Below, in pieces: positions 1 through 13,627 of a stretch of 64,000 nt of DNA. The notes under the pieces were generated by a model. It did not search any database. It saw nothing but the letters and a program-made list of their open reading frames with translations, and had not been told where the DNA came from. The stretch spans positions 124,001 to 188,000 of the forward strand of contig NW_027590142.1 in the NCBI RefSeq assembly GCF_964213995.1, given 5' to 3'. The position numbers and the translations under genes are program-made. This stretch comes from Mustelus asterias. Its lineage: Eukaryota. How positions within the stretch are numbered: the stretch's first letter is position 1; each line of letters starts with the position of its first letter.

Positions 1-140
1 ATTAGGATGTAGATAGGCTGGAAAATTGGGCGGGGATCCTGGATTCAGGATTCAATCCTGGACCGGGGAGCGGCGCGGGCTTGGAGGGCCGAAGGGCCTG
101 TTCCTGTGCTGTATTGTTCTTTGTTCTTGTTGTTCTTTGA
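1..140 (+). mobile_element. CR1 LINE 3' UTR/tail fragment
   Basis: Ends ...GGGCCGAAGGGCCTGTTCCTGTGCTGTATTGTTCTTTGTTC, the same terminus as other CR1 copies here (e.g. 40740-40790). Confidence 0.7.
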
Positions 141-519
141 GTGCTTCCTCTCAGAAGCGGACCCTTCTTACCTCCTAATCTCACAATGTCCAATAAGAGC
201 ACCTCGCATTACTCCTAACTCTACTGAGTACAGGCACATACTACTCAACGTTCTTCGTAAGAGTACCCGTTTTGCCCAAATGAGGATCAAGAGAGTGAAA
301 GTTAGCTGAACCCGTACCAAAGCATGTATATTTATTCACACATATTGAGAAAAAAAACTTTGCAGAATAATCTATGCGTGATCTCATGTATGTTCTCGTC
401 CAGTTGCAGCAGAGAAAATAGAAAGGGAAGAAGTTATATCATCGTCACGAGAGAAAATGCACTGAGCGATTGTGCTTGACGGCAGGCAAGCCCCCAGAGC
501 CTGGCTGCCTTCGTGTCAA

Positions 520-1900
520 TGACCTTAAATTGTATGGCGTTGGAGAGAGTGCATCCATTTGCTACAATATTCTCAAATTTACTGGATGTGGATGTGGTTC
601 CAGTGAATATCAAAAATGTTAATGTAACATCCTTATTCAAAAAGGGGGGAAGCAAAAGTAGGAATCTATTTGTTTAACATCCATCATTGGGAAATTGTTC
701 GAATCAATTTTAAAGGAAGTAATAGCAGGATGTGTAGGAAGTGAAAATGCAATTCACCAGCCCCAGCACGGTGTTATGAAACGTAAACCGTATTTTGCTT
801 GAGATCTTCGAAGATGCAAATAGTAAAATGGGTAATGCAGATCCTGTAGATGTAGACCTGAAGTCCAAAATGTATTTGTAACGTGCCATGCAAAATGATA
901 ATACACATGTTTACTTAACGTGATATTCGGGATGATTTATAAGCTTGGATAGAGGATAGATTAACCAACATGAAGCAGAGATTCGGTCTAAATGGGTTAT
1001 TTGTGTGTTGTCGAGATGTATCGAGTCGGATGCCACAGGGATCAGTCCTCCAGCTCCATTTCTTTATGAACCATGTTAATTAATTTGATGCACGCATTGT
1101 AGATATCACCGTCAATTTACGGATGACACAAAGATCGGTGGGAGTCTAAGGTGTAACAGTTAAATAAGAAACTAAAAATTGAATAGGTTTAGGGTAAATT
1201 AATGTGGCAAAATTTGGCAAATGGAGTTTAACATGGATGAATGTGAGGTTATCCATCTTGGTAGGAAAAATATACAAAGGCAAATTATTTTCTCATTGGA
1301 GAGATACTTCGGAGTGTTTTGGTGCAGAGGGTTCTGGGTGTTCGTGTATATGATTCACAGAAAACTAATATGCACGTACAGCAGCTATCAATGAGGGCAA
1401 ATAGAGTCTTGGCATTTAGTTTAATGGAATAGAATATAAAAATAGCAATGTGGTGCTGCTACTATACAATGCATTAGTGAGACGGGACTTAGCATATTGT
1501 GCACAGTTTTGGTCCCGTTTATGACGATGGATGCAATTGCATTGGATGCACTTCAGAGAAGGTTCACTCGTTTGATTCCAGAGATGAGGGGTTTGACCTA
1601 CGAAGAGATTTGTCAGTTTAGGCCTATGCACCTTCCAGTTTAGAAGAATGAAGGGCGATCTAATTGAGGTAATCAATATGATCAGAGAGATTGTCAAAGT
1701 AGACGTGCAAAGCATGTTTCCTCTTTTAGGGGGCAATGAGGAACAAGAGATCCTAGTTTTAGATGATGGTTTACTGCAGAGATGAGGAGCAATTGCTTCT
1801 CTCAAATGGTCGTGAGTCCATGCAATTCATTACCCATTCGGCTTCGAGCAAATTAAAGGAAGAGGGTTACAGATTTTTAATTAGAATGGGTTTGAAGTGC
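520..1900 (+). mobile_element. Old, degraded CR1 LINE (ORF2 RT region)
   Basis: Decayed matches to CR1 RT motifs (PQGSVL, ADDTK, YCAQFWS) with many stops and frameshifts. Confidence 0.75.
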
Positions 1901-1914
1901 TATAGGAAAGGGGC

Positions 1915-2230
1915 AAGAAAGAGAGAGAGAGAGACAGAGAGAGACAGAGAGAGAGAGTATGTGTTGAGCAGGGAGTCTTTGTCTGTCGGTGTGTCTGCCT
2001 GTGTGTGAGGGCCGATGTGAGTGTGTGCGTCTGTGTGATAGTCTTTGCGAAAATGCGTGTGCATTCGTAAGATATTCTGCGTTCCTTCTGTTTTTGTCTG
2101 TTTGTGTGCATGTGTGTGTATATGTGTGTGCAGGTCTGTGTACGACAGCATGAATACGACAGAGAGTGTGTCTGAATATGAGATGCACAAATGTGAACGC
2201 ATGTTTATGCACATGATTCTCAGTATCTGT
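1915..2230. repeat. (GA)n/(GT)n low-complexity tract
   Basis: Visible dinucleotide runs; the ORFs here are low-complexity artefacts. Confidence 0.8.
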
Positions 2231-2887
2231 GTGAAATTTAGTTTGTAAAACAGAAGCATATTGTCATTTGGAACATAATCACTTGAACCATCCTATCCCT
2301 TCTGGATGTTAACAAAGTCAGGAATAATTGAAGTACCATTTTGGCTCTGTATTTATTGTGTGTTAGGGAACCGTCCACCTGTTTCTGCGGAATAAACAGT
2401 GAAACATTCCCTGATAAATGCTTGTGAAATTTGTTGAGGTAATTGGGTGCAAGTTTTGATTGCAACTAATTTGCTTTCTCGGTTTCACAGTAACTTATAG
2501 AATTATAGACAAAGAGCTGCAAAATTGGGTAGTTTGTTTATCCCTCATTTCTGACCCAGCAAGGACACAATGTGAATCAAGGCTGTTAAGATATAAAACA
2601 TAAAATATGTGCCTAAAAAATTGTGTTTTCAAACTTTAAAGAACCATTGTGTGAAATTGAGGCAACTAAATTGAAAATATTAAAATATCTTTAACAGCAT
2701 CCATTATGGAAGATTAAACATTGACAATGTCTGTCAGAAGAATTAGAGGGCAGAAAAATTGACCCATTTCCATTCCGATTGGGACAAAAATCTGATAGCT
2801 GGATCAAATGTACAGATTGCTGTCTACAGTGATTCCAACTTCAATCACTTGACAATATCTCCAATGGATAATGAGAAAAATCATTCT

Positions 2888-2989
2888 TGGGCGGCACGGT
2901 GAGACAGTGGTTAGCACTTCTGCCTCACAGTGCCAGGGACCCAGGCTTGGGTCACTGTCTGTGTGGAATCTGCAAGTTCTCCCCGTGTC
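2888..2989 (+). mobile_element. HE1-like tRNA-derived SINE, 5' half (split by CR1 insertion)
   Basis: GGGCGGCACGGT...GGTTAGCAC head as in the full copies; the sequence resumes at about 4813. Confidence 0.8.
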
Positions 2990-4812
2990 ACAGAACATAG
3001 AACATTTCAGCGCAGTACAGGCCCTTCGGCCCTCGATGTTGCGCCGACCAGTGGTACCAATCTAAAGCCCCTCTAATCTACACTATTCCAATATCATCCA
3101 TATGTTTATCCAATAACCACTTGAACGCTCTCAACGTTGACGAGTCCACCACTGCTGCAGCCAGGGCATTCCACGCCCTTACTACTCTCTGAGTAAAGAA
3201 CGTACCTCTAACATCTGTCCTATATCTTTCACCCCTCAATTTAAAGCTATGTCCCCTCGTGCCAGCCAACACCATCCGACGAAAAAGGCTCTCACTATCC
3301 ACTCTATCCAATCCTCTGATCATCTTGTATGCCTCTATTAAGTCACCTCTTAACCTTCTTCTCTCTAACGAAAACAACCTCAAGCCCCTCAGCCTTTCCT
3401 CATACGATTTTCCCACCATACCAGGCAACATCCTGGTAAATCTCGTCTGCACCCTTTCCAACACTTCCACATCTTTCCTATAACACGGCGACCACAACTG
3501 TACGCAATATTCCAAATGCGGCCGCACCAGAGTTTTGTACAATTGCAGCATGACTTCCTGGCTCCGAAACTCAATCCCTCTACCAATAAAAGCTAACACA
3601 CCGTACGCCTTCTTAACAACCCTATCAACCTGGGTGCCAACTTTCAGGGATCTATGCACATGGACACCCAGATCCCTCTGTTCATCGACACTACCAAGTA
3701 TCTTACCATCAGCCCAGTACTCTGTATTCCTGTTACTCCTTCCAAAGTGAATCACCTCACATTTTTCCGCATTAAACTCCATTTGCCACCCCTCAGCCCT
3801 GCTCTGCAGCTTATCTATGTTCCTCTGTAACCTGCCACTTCCCTTCGCACTGTCTACAACTCCACCGACTTTAGTGTCATCTGCAAATTTACTAATCCAT
3901 CCTTCCACGCCCTCATCCAAGTCATTAATAAAAATGACAAACAGCAGTGGCACCAAAACAGATCCTTGCGGTACACCACTAGTAACTGAACTCCAGGATG
4001 AATATTTCCCATCAACCACCACCCTTTGTTTTCTTACAGCTAGCCAATTCCTGATCCAAACCACTAAATCACCCTCAATCCCATGTGTCCGTATTTTCTG
4101 CAAAAGCTTACCATGGGGAACCTTATCAAACGCTTTGCTGAAATCCATATACACCACATCAACCGCTTTACCCTCATCCTCCTCTTTGGTCACCTTCTTA
4201 AAGAACTCAATAAGGTTTGTGAGGCACGACCTACCCTTCACAAAACCGTGCTGACTGTCCCTAATCAAATCATTCCTTTCTCGGTGATTATAAATTCTAT
4301 CTCTTAAAATCTTTTCCAATACTTTGCCCACAACAGAAGTAAGGCACACCGGTCCCTAGTCCCCTTCCTGAACAAGGGGACAACATTTGCTATCCTCCAG
4401 TCTTCTGGCACTGTTCCTGTAGACAATGACGACACAAAGATCAAAGCCAAAGGCTCTGCAATCTCCTCTCGAGCCTCCCAGAGAATCCTAGGATAAATCC
4501 CATCCGGCCCAGGGGACCTATCTATTTTTACCCTTTCCAGAATTGCTAACACCTCCTCCTTATGAACATCAATCCCATCCAGTCCAACAGCCTGCATCTC
4601 AGTACTCCCCTCAACAACACTGTCCCTCTCCAGTGTGAATACCGACGAAAAATATTCATTTAGTGCCTTTCCTATCTCTTCAGACTCCACGCACAACTTC
4701 CCACTCCTGTCCTTGACTGGCCTACTCCTGTCCTTGACTGGCCCAGTCCTGTCCTTGACTGGCCCACTCCTGTCCTTGACTGGCCCACTCCTGTCCTTGA
4801 CTGGCCCTAATC
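2990..4812 (-). mobile_element. Young 5'-truncated CR1 LINE with a 423-aa open RT C-terminal frame (3078-4349), nested in a SINE
   Basis: QHGFVKGRSCLTNL, YMDFSKAFDKVPH, GVPQGSVL, FADD and RPHLEYCVQ motifs; tail TGTTCTATGTTCTGT; small internal deletion near 4350. Confidence 0.92.
4700..4807. repeat. 21-bp tandem repeat x5 (CCCACTCCTGTCCTTGACTGG) at the CR1 5' truncation
   Basis: Five near-identical units counted directly. Confidence 0.9.
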
Positions 4813-5040
4813 TTCTGTGTGGGCTTCCTCCGGGTGCTCCGGTTTCTTACCACACTCCAATGATGTGCGGGTTAGGAGCATTGGCCATGGTAAATTGTCC
4901 CTTCGTGTCCCGGGATGCTTGGGTTAGAGGTAATAATGGGGTAAATATGTGGGGTTATGGGCATAGGGCCTACGTGGGATTGCGGTCGGTGCAGACTGGA
5001 TGGACGGAATGGCCTCCTTCTGAACTGTAGGGATTCTATG
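4813..5040 (+). mobile_element. HE1-like SINE, 3' half
   Basis: Continues the SINE body (CCTCCGGGTGCTCCGG...) to the CTGTAGGGATTCTATG tail. Confidence 0.8.
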
Positions 5041-6606
5041 AGCCTACAGTGCTGATATAAAAGGGAGAACGCACCAGCGAGTTCCTGCTGGAAACTTTAA
5101 TCACGGATGATGTCACTCAGTATTCACACTTCAGCAACAGAACAGCAGGTGCAGCTGTGAAGTTGCTGAACTTTTAAAAATAAACTTTTGTTTCCCTGAG
5201 TTTGACTTGCTAATATACCTCATGCCCTCTCTTTTCTGGACCCACTTTCAGCCCCCTGCACTTTGTCTGCTCTGCTCAGATTTTAAGGCAATGAGCTCTC
5301 AATAGCTGAATAAACATCTTTTACTTAGCCTCCTACCATCTTGCATACTCTTCGACATTCCAGGGGCTCGTGGTTTGTGCAAGTACCATTGTTCTGAATT
5401 CGCAATCATTTTGTCCTGACCCCGAATTATCTTTAGCTTGCTGTTTCCATTTGAATGACACAATGTTAGTTTCCAAAGACAAATAACTCTCTTGCTCCAG
5501 TAACATTTTGATTATGGTTTTCCGAAAAATAAACGAGATCTTTTTGGTTATCATTATCAGTATAATCTCCTCCCATTGTTACTCATTCCACATTCACATT
5601 TCCATTCCTTAAAACAAAGCCGTTGGGGTCATATTTTCAATTCACCTGTTTACACTTTAATGGTGGTGAATGCATTCTCGAATCTGAAAGTTTTATTGCT
5701 TCATTTAATAGATATCATGCTCCAGGGAAGTGTCGCTGGGGGAAGGAATTCATTACAAAAGAAATTGGTAATTTCCTGGAACTGGCTGGAAAAGAGATGT
5801 GGGTAATTAAAGAAGGTAATTCATAAAAACTTTGAAAAAAAATCAAATTTATGTCAGTAGATGAATAGCAACATGTGAACATGTGTTCAACTAACTTATA
5901 AAATGGGCAGTAAAGTATTCTATCCGAATTTCAAGCAGCAAGAAAATATACATTTTTTTTCCAGAAATCTGTCAGCCCCAATTTATTTTCCTCATCCTAA
6001 AGATATGTAAAACTATTGGATTAGAGAATGTGGAAAACCTGCATTCCTGATTTGCGGATGTAAGGGTTAACAGCGCACAAACAGGATATAGAGTTGTTTC
6101 CATGGAAATGCAGTATTCGTTCGATTTTTTAAAAATGCAGTGTATTTGAGTGTGTCATTTGCAGAAGCAGGTAACTGTAATTTCCCAAAGAAAACGAAAT
6201 CTTGCAGGCATATCTGACCAGATTTCAAACTCAAGCATGAATGACACAGAGAGACTGTAACAGACAAATCAGAAGATGGCATAAAATCTCAGAGCTGAAT
6301 GTATGAAGACACAATGTGCATTAGAAGGTGATTTTTATTTCTATTTCAATCTGAACTCTCGTTCGAATGATTGAGATAGCAGAGTTTCTAACCCCACGCC
6401 GACCTTTTGTGAATTTGAGTTTTGACTGTCCTAATATTGAATGTCGAAGAAATATGAAGTCAAAAAATGAAATAATTTGCATCATCCATCCCATTGTAAA
6501 ACTTGCATGAGCGCACATATGTGTATGTATATATGAGTGTTGAGTATGACTGCGCTTATCAACTATTTTAGAACTTGAGGTACAACTTTTCCTTTTAGAG
6601 GAAAAT

Positions 6607-6947
6607 AGACAGCACGGTAGCACAGTGGTTAGCACTGCTGCTTCACAGCTCCAGGGTCCCGGGTTCGATTCCCGGCTCGGGTCACTGTCTGTGTGGAGTT
6701 TGCACATTCTCCTCGTGTCTGCGTGGGTTTCCTCCGGGTGCTCCGGTTTCCTCCCACAGTCCAAAGATGTGCGGGTTAGGTTGATTGGCCAGGTTAAAAA
6801 AATTGCCCCTTAGAGTCCTGGGATGCGTAGGTTAGAGGGATTAGCGGGTAAAATATGTGGGGGTAGGGCCTGGGTGGGATTGTGGTCGGTGCAGACTCGA
6901 TGGGCCGAATGGCCTCCTTCTGCACTGTAGGGTTTCTATGATTCTAT
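6607..6947 (+). mobile_element. HE1-like SINE, full length, young
   Basis: tRNA-like head with A/B boxes (GGTTCGATTCC) and ATTCTATG tail; near-identical to copies at 11527, 15229 and 48028. Confidence 0.88.
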
Positions 6948-7044
6948 GAAAATCAGCATATTAGCTGGAAGAATAAACTTGCAAAGAAATATTTACATCT
7001 TATGTACATTGGAAAAATAGTGAAATACGAATTTCACTGCAGTT

Positions 7045-7180
7045 AAATGCGAGGTCACACACTTGGAAAAAATATTCTTAGGAACATTAACATACAGAGG
7101 GATCTGGCTGTGCAGGTCCACAGTTCCCGAAAAGTGGCAACACAGGTGACCAAGGTGATTAAGCAGGCATATGGCACCAC
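7045..7180 (+). mobile_element. CR1 RT fragment
   Basis: Translates QRDLAVQVHSSRKVATQVTKVIKQAYG. Confidence 0.65.
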
Positions 7181-7569
7181 ACTACCAGAAGGACGTGGAA
7201 GCATTGGCGACAGTGCAAAGAAGGCACACAGGGAACAAGTGATTCTTGATCTGACAGTGAACATCGACTGTCTAAAATATGTTGCTGCTTCCAGTCTTAT
7301 ATCACAGAGTAAACTCAGATCAGAGGCAGCTTCAATTATTGGGAAATTGAGTGGGTGTTTCTCAGTGCTGCGATTGGCTAGTCACCCTGAAGTGACGTAA
7401 CTTGTACCCTAATTGTTGTTTCTTGAGGGTTTAATGTGGCTGACTCTCACCAGTCACGCTCTATCCCTGCTTTCTGTGTCTTCCTCACTCTCCTGTTCTG
7501 CCTCACATCAACAGTTATACTGTTTCTCCCTCAGTTTAACTTGCATTACGATGAACTCGATGTCTATAA

Positions 7570-8685
7570 CTAAGTTAAGAGCCCATGGTGTTAAGGGTAA
7601 GATCTTGGCATGGATTGAGGATTGGCTGACTGGGCAAAAGAGAGAGAGTGGGGCTAAAGGGGTATTTTTCAAGATGGCAGTCGGTGACCAGTGATGTGCC
7701 TCAGGGGTCAGTGCTGGGACCACAACTTTTCACAATATACATTAACGATTTGGAGGAAGGAAGTGAAGGCACTGTTGCTAAGTTTGCAGATAACACAAAG
7801 ATACGTCGAGGGGAAGGTAGTATTGGGGAAGCAGGGGAGCTGCAGAAGAACTTGGACAGGTTAGGAGAGTGGGAAAAGAAGTTGTAGATAGAATAAATAT
7901 GGAAAAGTGAGAGGTTTTGCACTTTGGAAGGAGGAATGAGGCACAGACTATTTTCTGAATGGGAAAATGCTTAGGAAAACAAAAACACAAAGGGACTTGG
8001 GGGGTTTTGTTGAAGATTCTCTTAAGGTTCAGTCGGCAGTTCGGAAGGCAAATGTAATGTTAGCATTCATGCCGAGAGGACTAGAATACAAGAGCAGGGA
8101 TGTACTTCTGAGGCTATATAAGGCTATGGTCAGACACAATTTGGAGCATTGTGAGCAGTTTTGGGTCCCATATCTATGAAGGATGTGCTGGCCTTGGAAA
8201 GGGTCCAGAGGAGGTTCACAAGAATGATCCCTGGAATGAACAGCTTGTCGTATGAGGAACGGTTGAGGACTCTGGGTCTGTACTTGTTGGAGTTTACAAG
8301 GTTGAGGGGGGATCTTATTGAAAATTAGAGGATACTGCGAGGCCTGGAGAGAGTGGACGTGGAGAGGATGTTTCCACGAGTAGGAAAAACTAGAACTAGA
8401 GGGCACAACCTCAGGCTAAAGGAACTATCCTTTAAAACAGAGATGAGGAGGAATTTATTCAGCCAGAGAGTGGTGAATCTGTGGAACTCTTTGCCGCAGA
8501 AGGCTGCGGTGGCGAGGTAGTTGAGTATATTTAAGACAGAGATAGATAGGTTCTTGATTAATAAGGGGATCAGGGGTTATGGGGAAAAGGCAGGAGAATG
8601 GGGATGAGAAAAATATCAGCCATGATTGAATTGCAGATGGGCCGAGTGGCCTAATTCTGCTCCTATGTCTTATGGTCTTATGGTC
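7570..8685 (+). mobile_element. CR1 LINE 3' portion (subfamily with TCTTATGG tail)
   Basis: VPQGSVLGPQLFTIYINDL and FADNTK motifs; tail TCTTATGGTCTTATGG. Confidence 0.85.
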
Positions 8686-9414
8686 GATATCTTTCGTTCA
8701 GTTGGTCTTTCTAATTAAGGTGAAAAGTGAAATAGATCATTTTAAATCAGTCTAAGGAACAGGACCATTCAGTTCATGGGTATAATTAATACTTACAATT
8801 TTACATACACAGGAGAAAAGTAGTCACCCAACTCCATATCACAATGCCATTCCAGTGGGATTGCTCTTTTACCGGTCAAGTACTGAATTCAGTCAGTCAC
8901 TGTGTTTACTCAGAAAGTATGTGACAACATTGAGTGTGCTTTCGATATTAGATCACTTTTAAAAGGTGTCCCCTGATAGAATGTTTAAAAGTACAGAGTT
9001 AGGAATATATTCATTCAGGAGCTCTGCGGGTTTGTGTGAATCGGATCGGGAAATGATTGGATTTAACCCGGGAGCAATATGGCCAGCAAAATTTCAAACT
9101 TATCAACGGTGACAAAGGGAGGTTCATCATGGGCACATTCGTTATGAAATTCAATCCCATGTAGTTTCCTGACACTGAATTTTTGATGATCGACCTGGTC
9201 CAGTTTTTGTATGAGACCTGTGGGACTTTAAATTTACTGGGGCCTTCGTGCACAGAAATACACGGTGTGTACCACCTCTCTTCATGTCTATATTCTCCCC
9301 CAGTCCCACAAGTTTCTGAGAAATCTGGGCTGCTCGAATTATGTTGTTATGTATCTACAATTTTGAATTGCTCCAGCAAACATAGCCGTTCCCTCGGCTT
9401 CATGTCCTGCAATA

Positions 9415-9965
9415 TCTTTCAAAAAGGGTGGTGGTGACCCACCTTATCGAGTCGCTGCAGTCCTTTTGGTGTTGGTGCTCTCACATTGCTATACATATGC
9501 GAGTTATCTTGTATTCATCACATTGCAGCAAAGGAATTCTGGTATTGGTCCAAGTTTTCATGGTGGTGACTTGTAATGGAATTGTACTGTCTGGTGTTTA
9601 CATGTCCCAGTTGCCTTCTTCCTTTCAGGCGGTGGAAGACGTATGTTTGGAAAATGGTTTTGCACAGTCAGTTTTTTGATAATCCAAAATGTTTCTAATG
9701 CGCACTGGCGATGGAGGGTGCGCATGTTTGAGGTGTTGTATGATGTGTCAGTCAAGAGTGTTGCTTTGTCCTCGATGATGTTGAACTTCTTGAGTTTTGT
9801 TGGAGCTACACTTATCCTGTAAAATAGAAGTACTACATCAAACTGAAGAATTGGGACTTCGGGATGGTCGTCAGGCTTTGGAAATCAGGAGATGAAGTAA
9901 TCACTGCATCTGACCTGCTCTTACCTACAGGATATATACAACTGGTCCAGTTCAGTTTCTGAAAA
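9415..9965 (-). mobile_element. Degraded LINE remnant (second family, L2/CR1-group)
   Basis: Similar to the 12275-13230 and 32255-32620 remnants. Confidence 0.5.
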
Positions 9966-11526
9966 ATATGTCCAACATCTACTTATATATTCCTTCATCT
10001 ATCCAGCTTTCTAAACAAATGCCTTGGATCGAAGTAAGAACTTCAAAATAGACAGAATCCATTCACATGGGAGGCCAGTCAGTGAAATGCAGCAGTAGTC
10101 ACTCTATTGCTCTATGTGCAAGGTATATATATAGCTTCTGTCGACTGGAAATTAACTAACATAACGCCATTTTAAAATAAAAAGTGACCAAGAGCTCGGA
10201 ATTATATTCCTCATATTGTTCCTAACTCTGTATTTGGAAACATTTTTAGGTGATCATTAAGTTTATATGATTTCTGGCATGCAAACGAGTCCACTTGATT
10301 CATCAATAAGGTTCAGAAAATATTATGTGAGAAATATCTGCTCATTTTCTTCACATCTTTGAAAAAGTTATGCAAATATGTAAGGAAAATGGATTAGACA
10401 TTATTCACTTCGACTTCCAAAAGAAAACTTGATGAGGCATCACACAATATATTTATTCATGAAATTAAAGCCTTTTGCAAGAGAGATATTCAACTAGATT
10501 TCGATAAGTTCAAAGGATCAAAAAGAAGGTATGAATTCTCCACTTTGAGCTGCGTTGTGGAGCAGTGGCTTACACGCTACAGTTGCTGAATGGTTAGTTC
10601 AAAAGATCAGTTGGCAGCACACACATTCATTTCTATCTCCTCGCATTCTGGCATCGTATTAATACCAGCCCCGCTGACCACTTCTACCGTGCAGTAGATC
10701 AGCTATCAGTACAGTGCTGGGATTTCCATATTTAAGGGTGTCACTAAATATTTTCCACTTCACAGACACGAACTGTAAATAGAGATTGGTCTCTATTGAA
10801 ATTCAGTCGTGCTTTCAGTATTTTCTATTCAACAGGACACTTGCATTTCTGCCAGCCTGTTCTGTTAAGCTATGAATATCCGTTATTCTGCCTTGTATAA
10901 CTATTTATTTTACTGCGGACATATCCAGAGATTTTGTTACACAGAGGCTAACATGCAGAAGGCCCTTATCTCTGTGACAGAATCTCTGGGTTGGAGTTTT
11001 GAACTTGATAAGGACAGCAGGTGCATCCATAACCGCGCCAAACTAGAGGATTATAAACGTGAAAATCCATCCAGAGGCATGTAGTAAGAGCGGGCGAGGT
11101 TCCTGCTCAGCCATATTGCAGATGGGAATGGAAAGTCATTGTTGCGCTTCGCCGAGCTCCATCATGGACCAACCCAATTAATGATCATGGTTGATATTGC
11201 CCTCTTCAGGCATGGTACGTGAAAAGGGAAGAATGTACACATTTTCTGTGTGCATGTGCATGCGCGCGCGCGCGTGTGTGTGCGTGTATACATATACACA
11301 CTTCTTTGTACCTGCATTTTAATATAACTTATATATGAAGACTACCGACCACACAAAGTCTGTCTTTTTTATCAACAAGACCTTTTTTAAAAAAACTAAG
11401 ACTGCATTAATTTGGTGTAATGACACAACATGTTTTCAAGAAAAGTGATAAATGTTGTCGTTTTTATTGACAGATCGTCAAACCAACTACAATATATAAT
11501 ACAATATGACACAAGTACCATACATT

Positions 11527-11866
11527 GGGGCGGCACGGTAGCACAGTGGTTAGCACTGCTGCTTCACAGCTCCAGCGTCCCGGGTTCGATTCCCGGCTCG
11601 GGTCACTGTCTGTGTGGAGTTTGCACATTCTCCTCGTGTCTGCGTGGGTTTCCTCCGGGTGCTCCGGTTTCCTCCCACAGTCCAAAAGATGTGCAGGTTA
11701 GGTTGATTGGCCAGGTTAAACATTGCCCCTTAGAGTCCTGAGATGCGTTAAAGGGATTAGCGGGTAGAATATGTGGGGGTAGGGCCTGGGTGGGATTGTG
11801 GTCGGTGTAGACTCGATGGGCCGAATGGCCTCCTTCTGCACTGTAGGGATTCTATGATTCTATGAT
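11527..11866 (+). mobile_element. HE1-like SINE, full length
   Basis: Near-identical to the 6607 copy. Confidence 0.88.
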
Positions 11867-12035
11867 TGAATGATGGCGACAAGACGTTCCATTTAAAACC
11901 ACATTTCTTTTGCGCATGAAACTTATATGCAGATACATATGCTGTTGTCGTTTTCTCCCTGCCATGAAATTGGTTATGACATAAAGAATCCATCCGAACA
12001 CTCGGGCCGTCCATGGCCGCCACTAACAAGCTATG

Positions 12036-12054
12036 AGACAGTAGAGGGCGCTGC
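12036..12054 (+). promoter_or_regulatory. Candidate CTCF site
   Basis: AGACAGTAGAGGGCGCTG is close to the CCASYAGRKGGCRS core; motif match only. Confidence 0.4.
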
Positions 12055-12274
12055 AATTCCCCTTTTGATACTGATAGGAGGATGAATGAAGAGAGATATG
12101 GCCCAGCAGCGAGGAAATAATTTAAGAAACCAACAATCAGAGCCCCAAAATAATCAGGTTTTGGATGAATACCTATCAATAACAACGTGAGAGTCACGTC
12201 ATAAATTGAATGAGTAGGCAAATGTGACGTTCACAGCCATCCGTCTTTGAACAGCTGAATTCAACTTTATTTTC

Positions 12275-13230
12275 AATTCAACCGTGTGACATGGGCGTCT
12301 CTGGCTGGCCAACATTTTTTGCCCATCAGCAGTTTCCCTTGAGAAAGTGGTGATAAGCCGCCTTCTAGAAACGCTGCATGGCACGTGCCATGTGTTGACC
12401 CACAATGCCGTGAGGGAAGGAATTCCAGGATTGACCAAGTGACTGCGAAGGAATGGCCATATATTTCCAAGTCAGGCTGGCGAGTGGCTTGGAGGGGAAC
12501 GTGCAGATGGTAATGTTCCAATATATCTGTTGCTCTTGTCCTTCTGGGTGCATTTCATCATGGGTTTGACGGTGCTGTCTAATGATCTTTGGTGCATTGC
12601 TGCAGTGCACCTTGTAAATAATACACACTGCTGCCACTGATCATCGGTGGTGAAGGGACAGGATGTTTGTGGATGTGGTGGGGATTAAGTGGGATGCATT
12701 GTCCTTGATTGTGTCAAGCGTCTTGACTGCTGATGGACCTGCACCCATCTCGGCAAGTGGGAAGTATTCCATCACCCTCCTCGCTTGCGCCTTGTAGATA
12801 GTGGACAGGCTTTGGGGAAATAGAATCATAGAATCTTACAATACAGAAGGAGGGCATTCGGCCCATCGAGTCTGTACCGACCACAATCCCACGCATAACC
12901 CCTTGAAGTTACCCTAGCTAGTACGACGAATACTAAGGGGTAATTTAGCATAGCCAATCCACCTAACCTGCAGATCCTTGGCCTGTGGGAGGAAACCGAA
13001 GGACCCGGAGGAAAGCCACGCAGATACGGGAAGAATGTGAAAACTCCAAACGGACAGTTACCCGAGCCAGGAATAGAACCTGGGTCCCTGGCTCTGTGAG
13101 GCAGCAGTGCTAACCGTGCTGATAGAAGATGAGTTACTTGCCGCAGTGTTCACACCCTCTGATCTGGTCTGTGTTTATGTGGCGAATGCAGTTGGGTTTC
13201 TACTGCATCGTAACCCCAAGGATGTTGACT
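12275..13230 (-). mobile_element. L2/CR1-group LINE 3' remnant interrupted by a SINE
   Basis: Minus frame reads TIYKAQARRVMEYFPLA...KTLDTIKDNASHLI, typical of a LINE RT C-terminus. Confidence 0.65.
12820..13118 (-). mobile_element. HE1-like SINE (older)
   Basis: Reverse complement of the SINE body and tail (CATAGAATC...GCAGCAGTGCTAACC). Confidence 0.8.
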
Positions 13231-13627
13231 GTTATTATGCACATTAAACATGTAATAGTCGTTATCATCCCCGCATCAGGCAGATAACACAACTGGTCTG
13301 GAGACAAACAGAGTTATTGCAAACTCATGAATGTAACAGATAATTAGACATTTACAAAAATGGGTTTGAAATGACTGACCTGAACAATAAGTGAAGCTGC
13401 TTAGACTTATCAGGGAATTCCTTCAGTGCAGAAGGTGGCCATTCGGCACATCTAGTCTTACCTTTATATAAACTTCTGAACGAATTATAGCTATTCTGGA
13501 TCTCGAATTCACTGTCTTTCAAGCATTGTCTTAGAATGCAGTTGGATAAACATAAAGCTGAGAATCTATCTATACTATCAGATGCGTTAGTGGTGGGGTC
13601 AGGGGAGGGTTTGAAAGTGTTACACAG

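Noticed and set aside
5333-5826. Short ORFs in unique sequence (also 9011-9437 and 33334-33736)
   Set aside because: Under 90 aa, with no recognisable domain or convincing exon structure.
6607-6680. tRNA-like heads of the SINEs as tRNA genes
   Set aside because: They have A/B boxes but continue into the SINE body and LINE-derived tail, with no complete cloverleaf.
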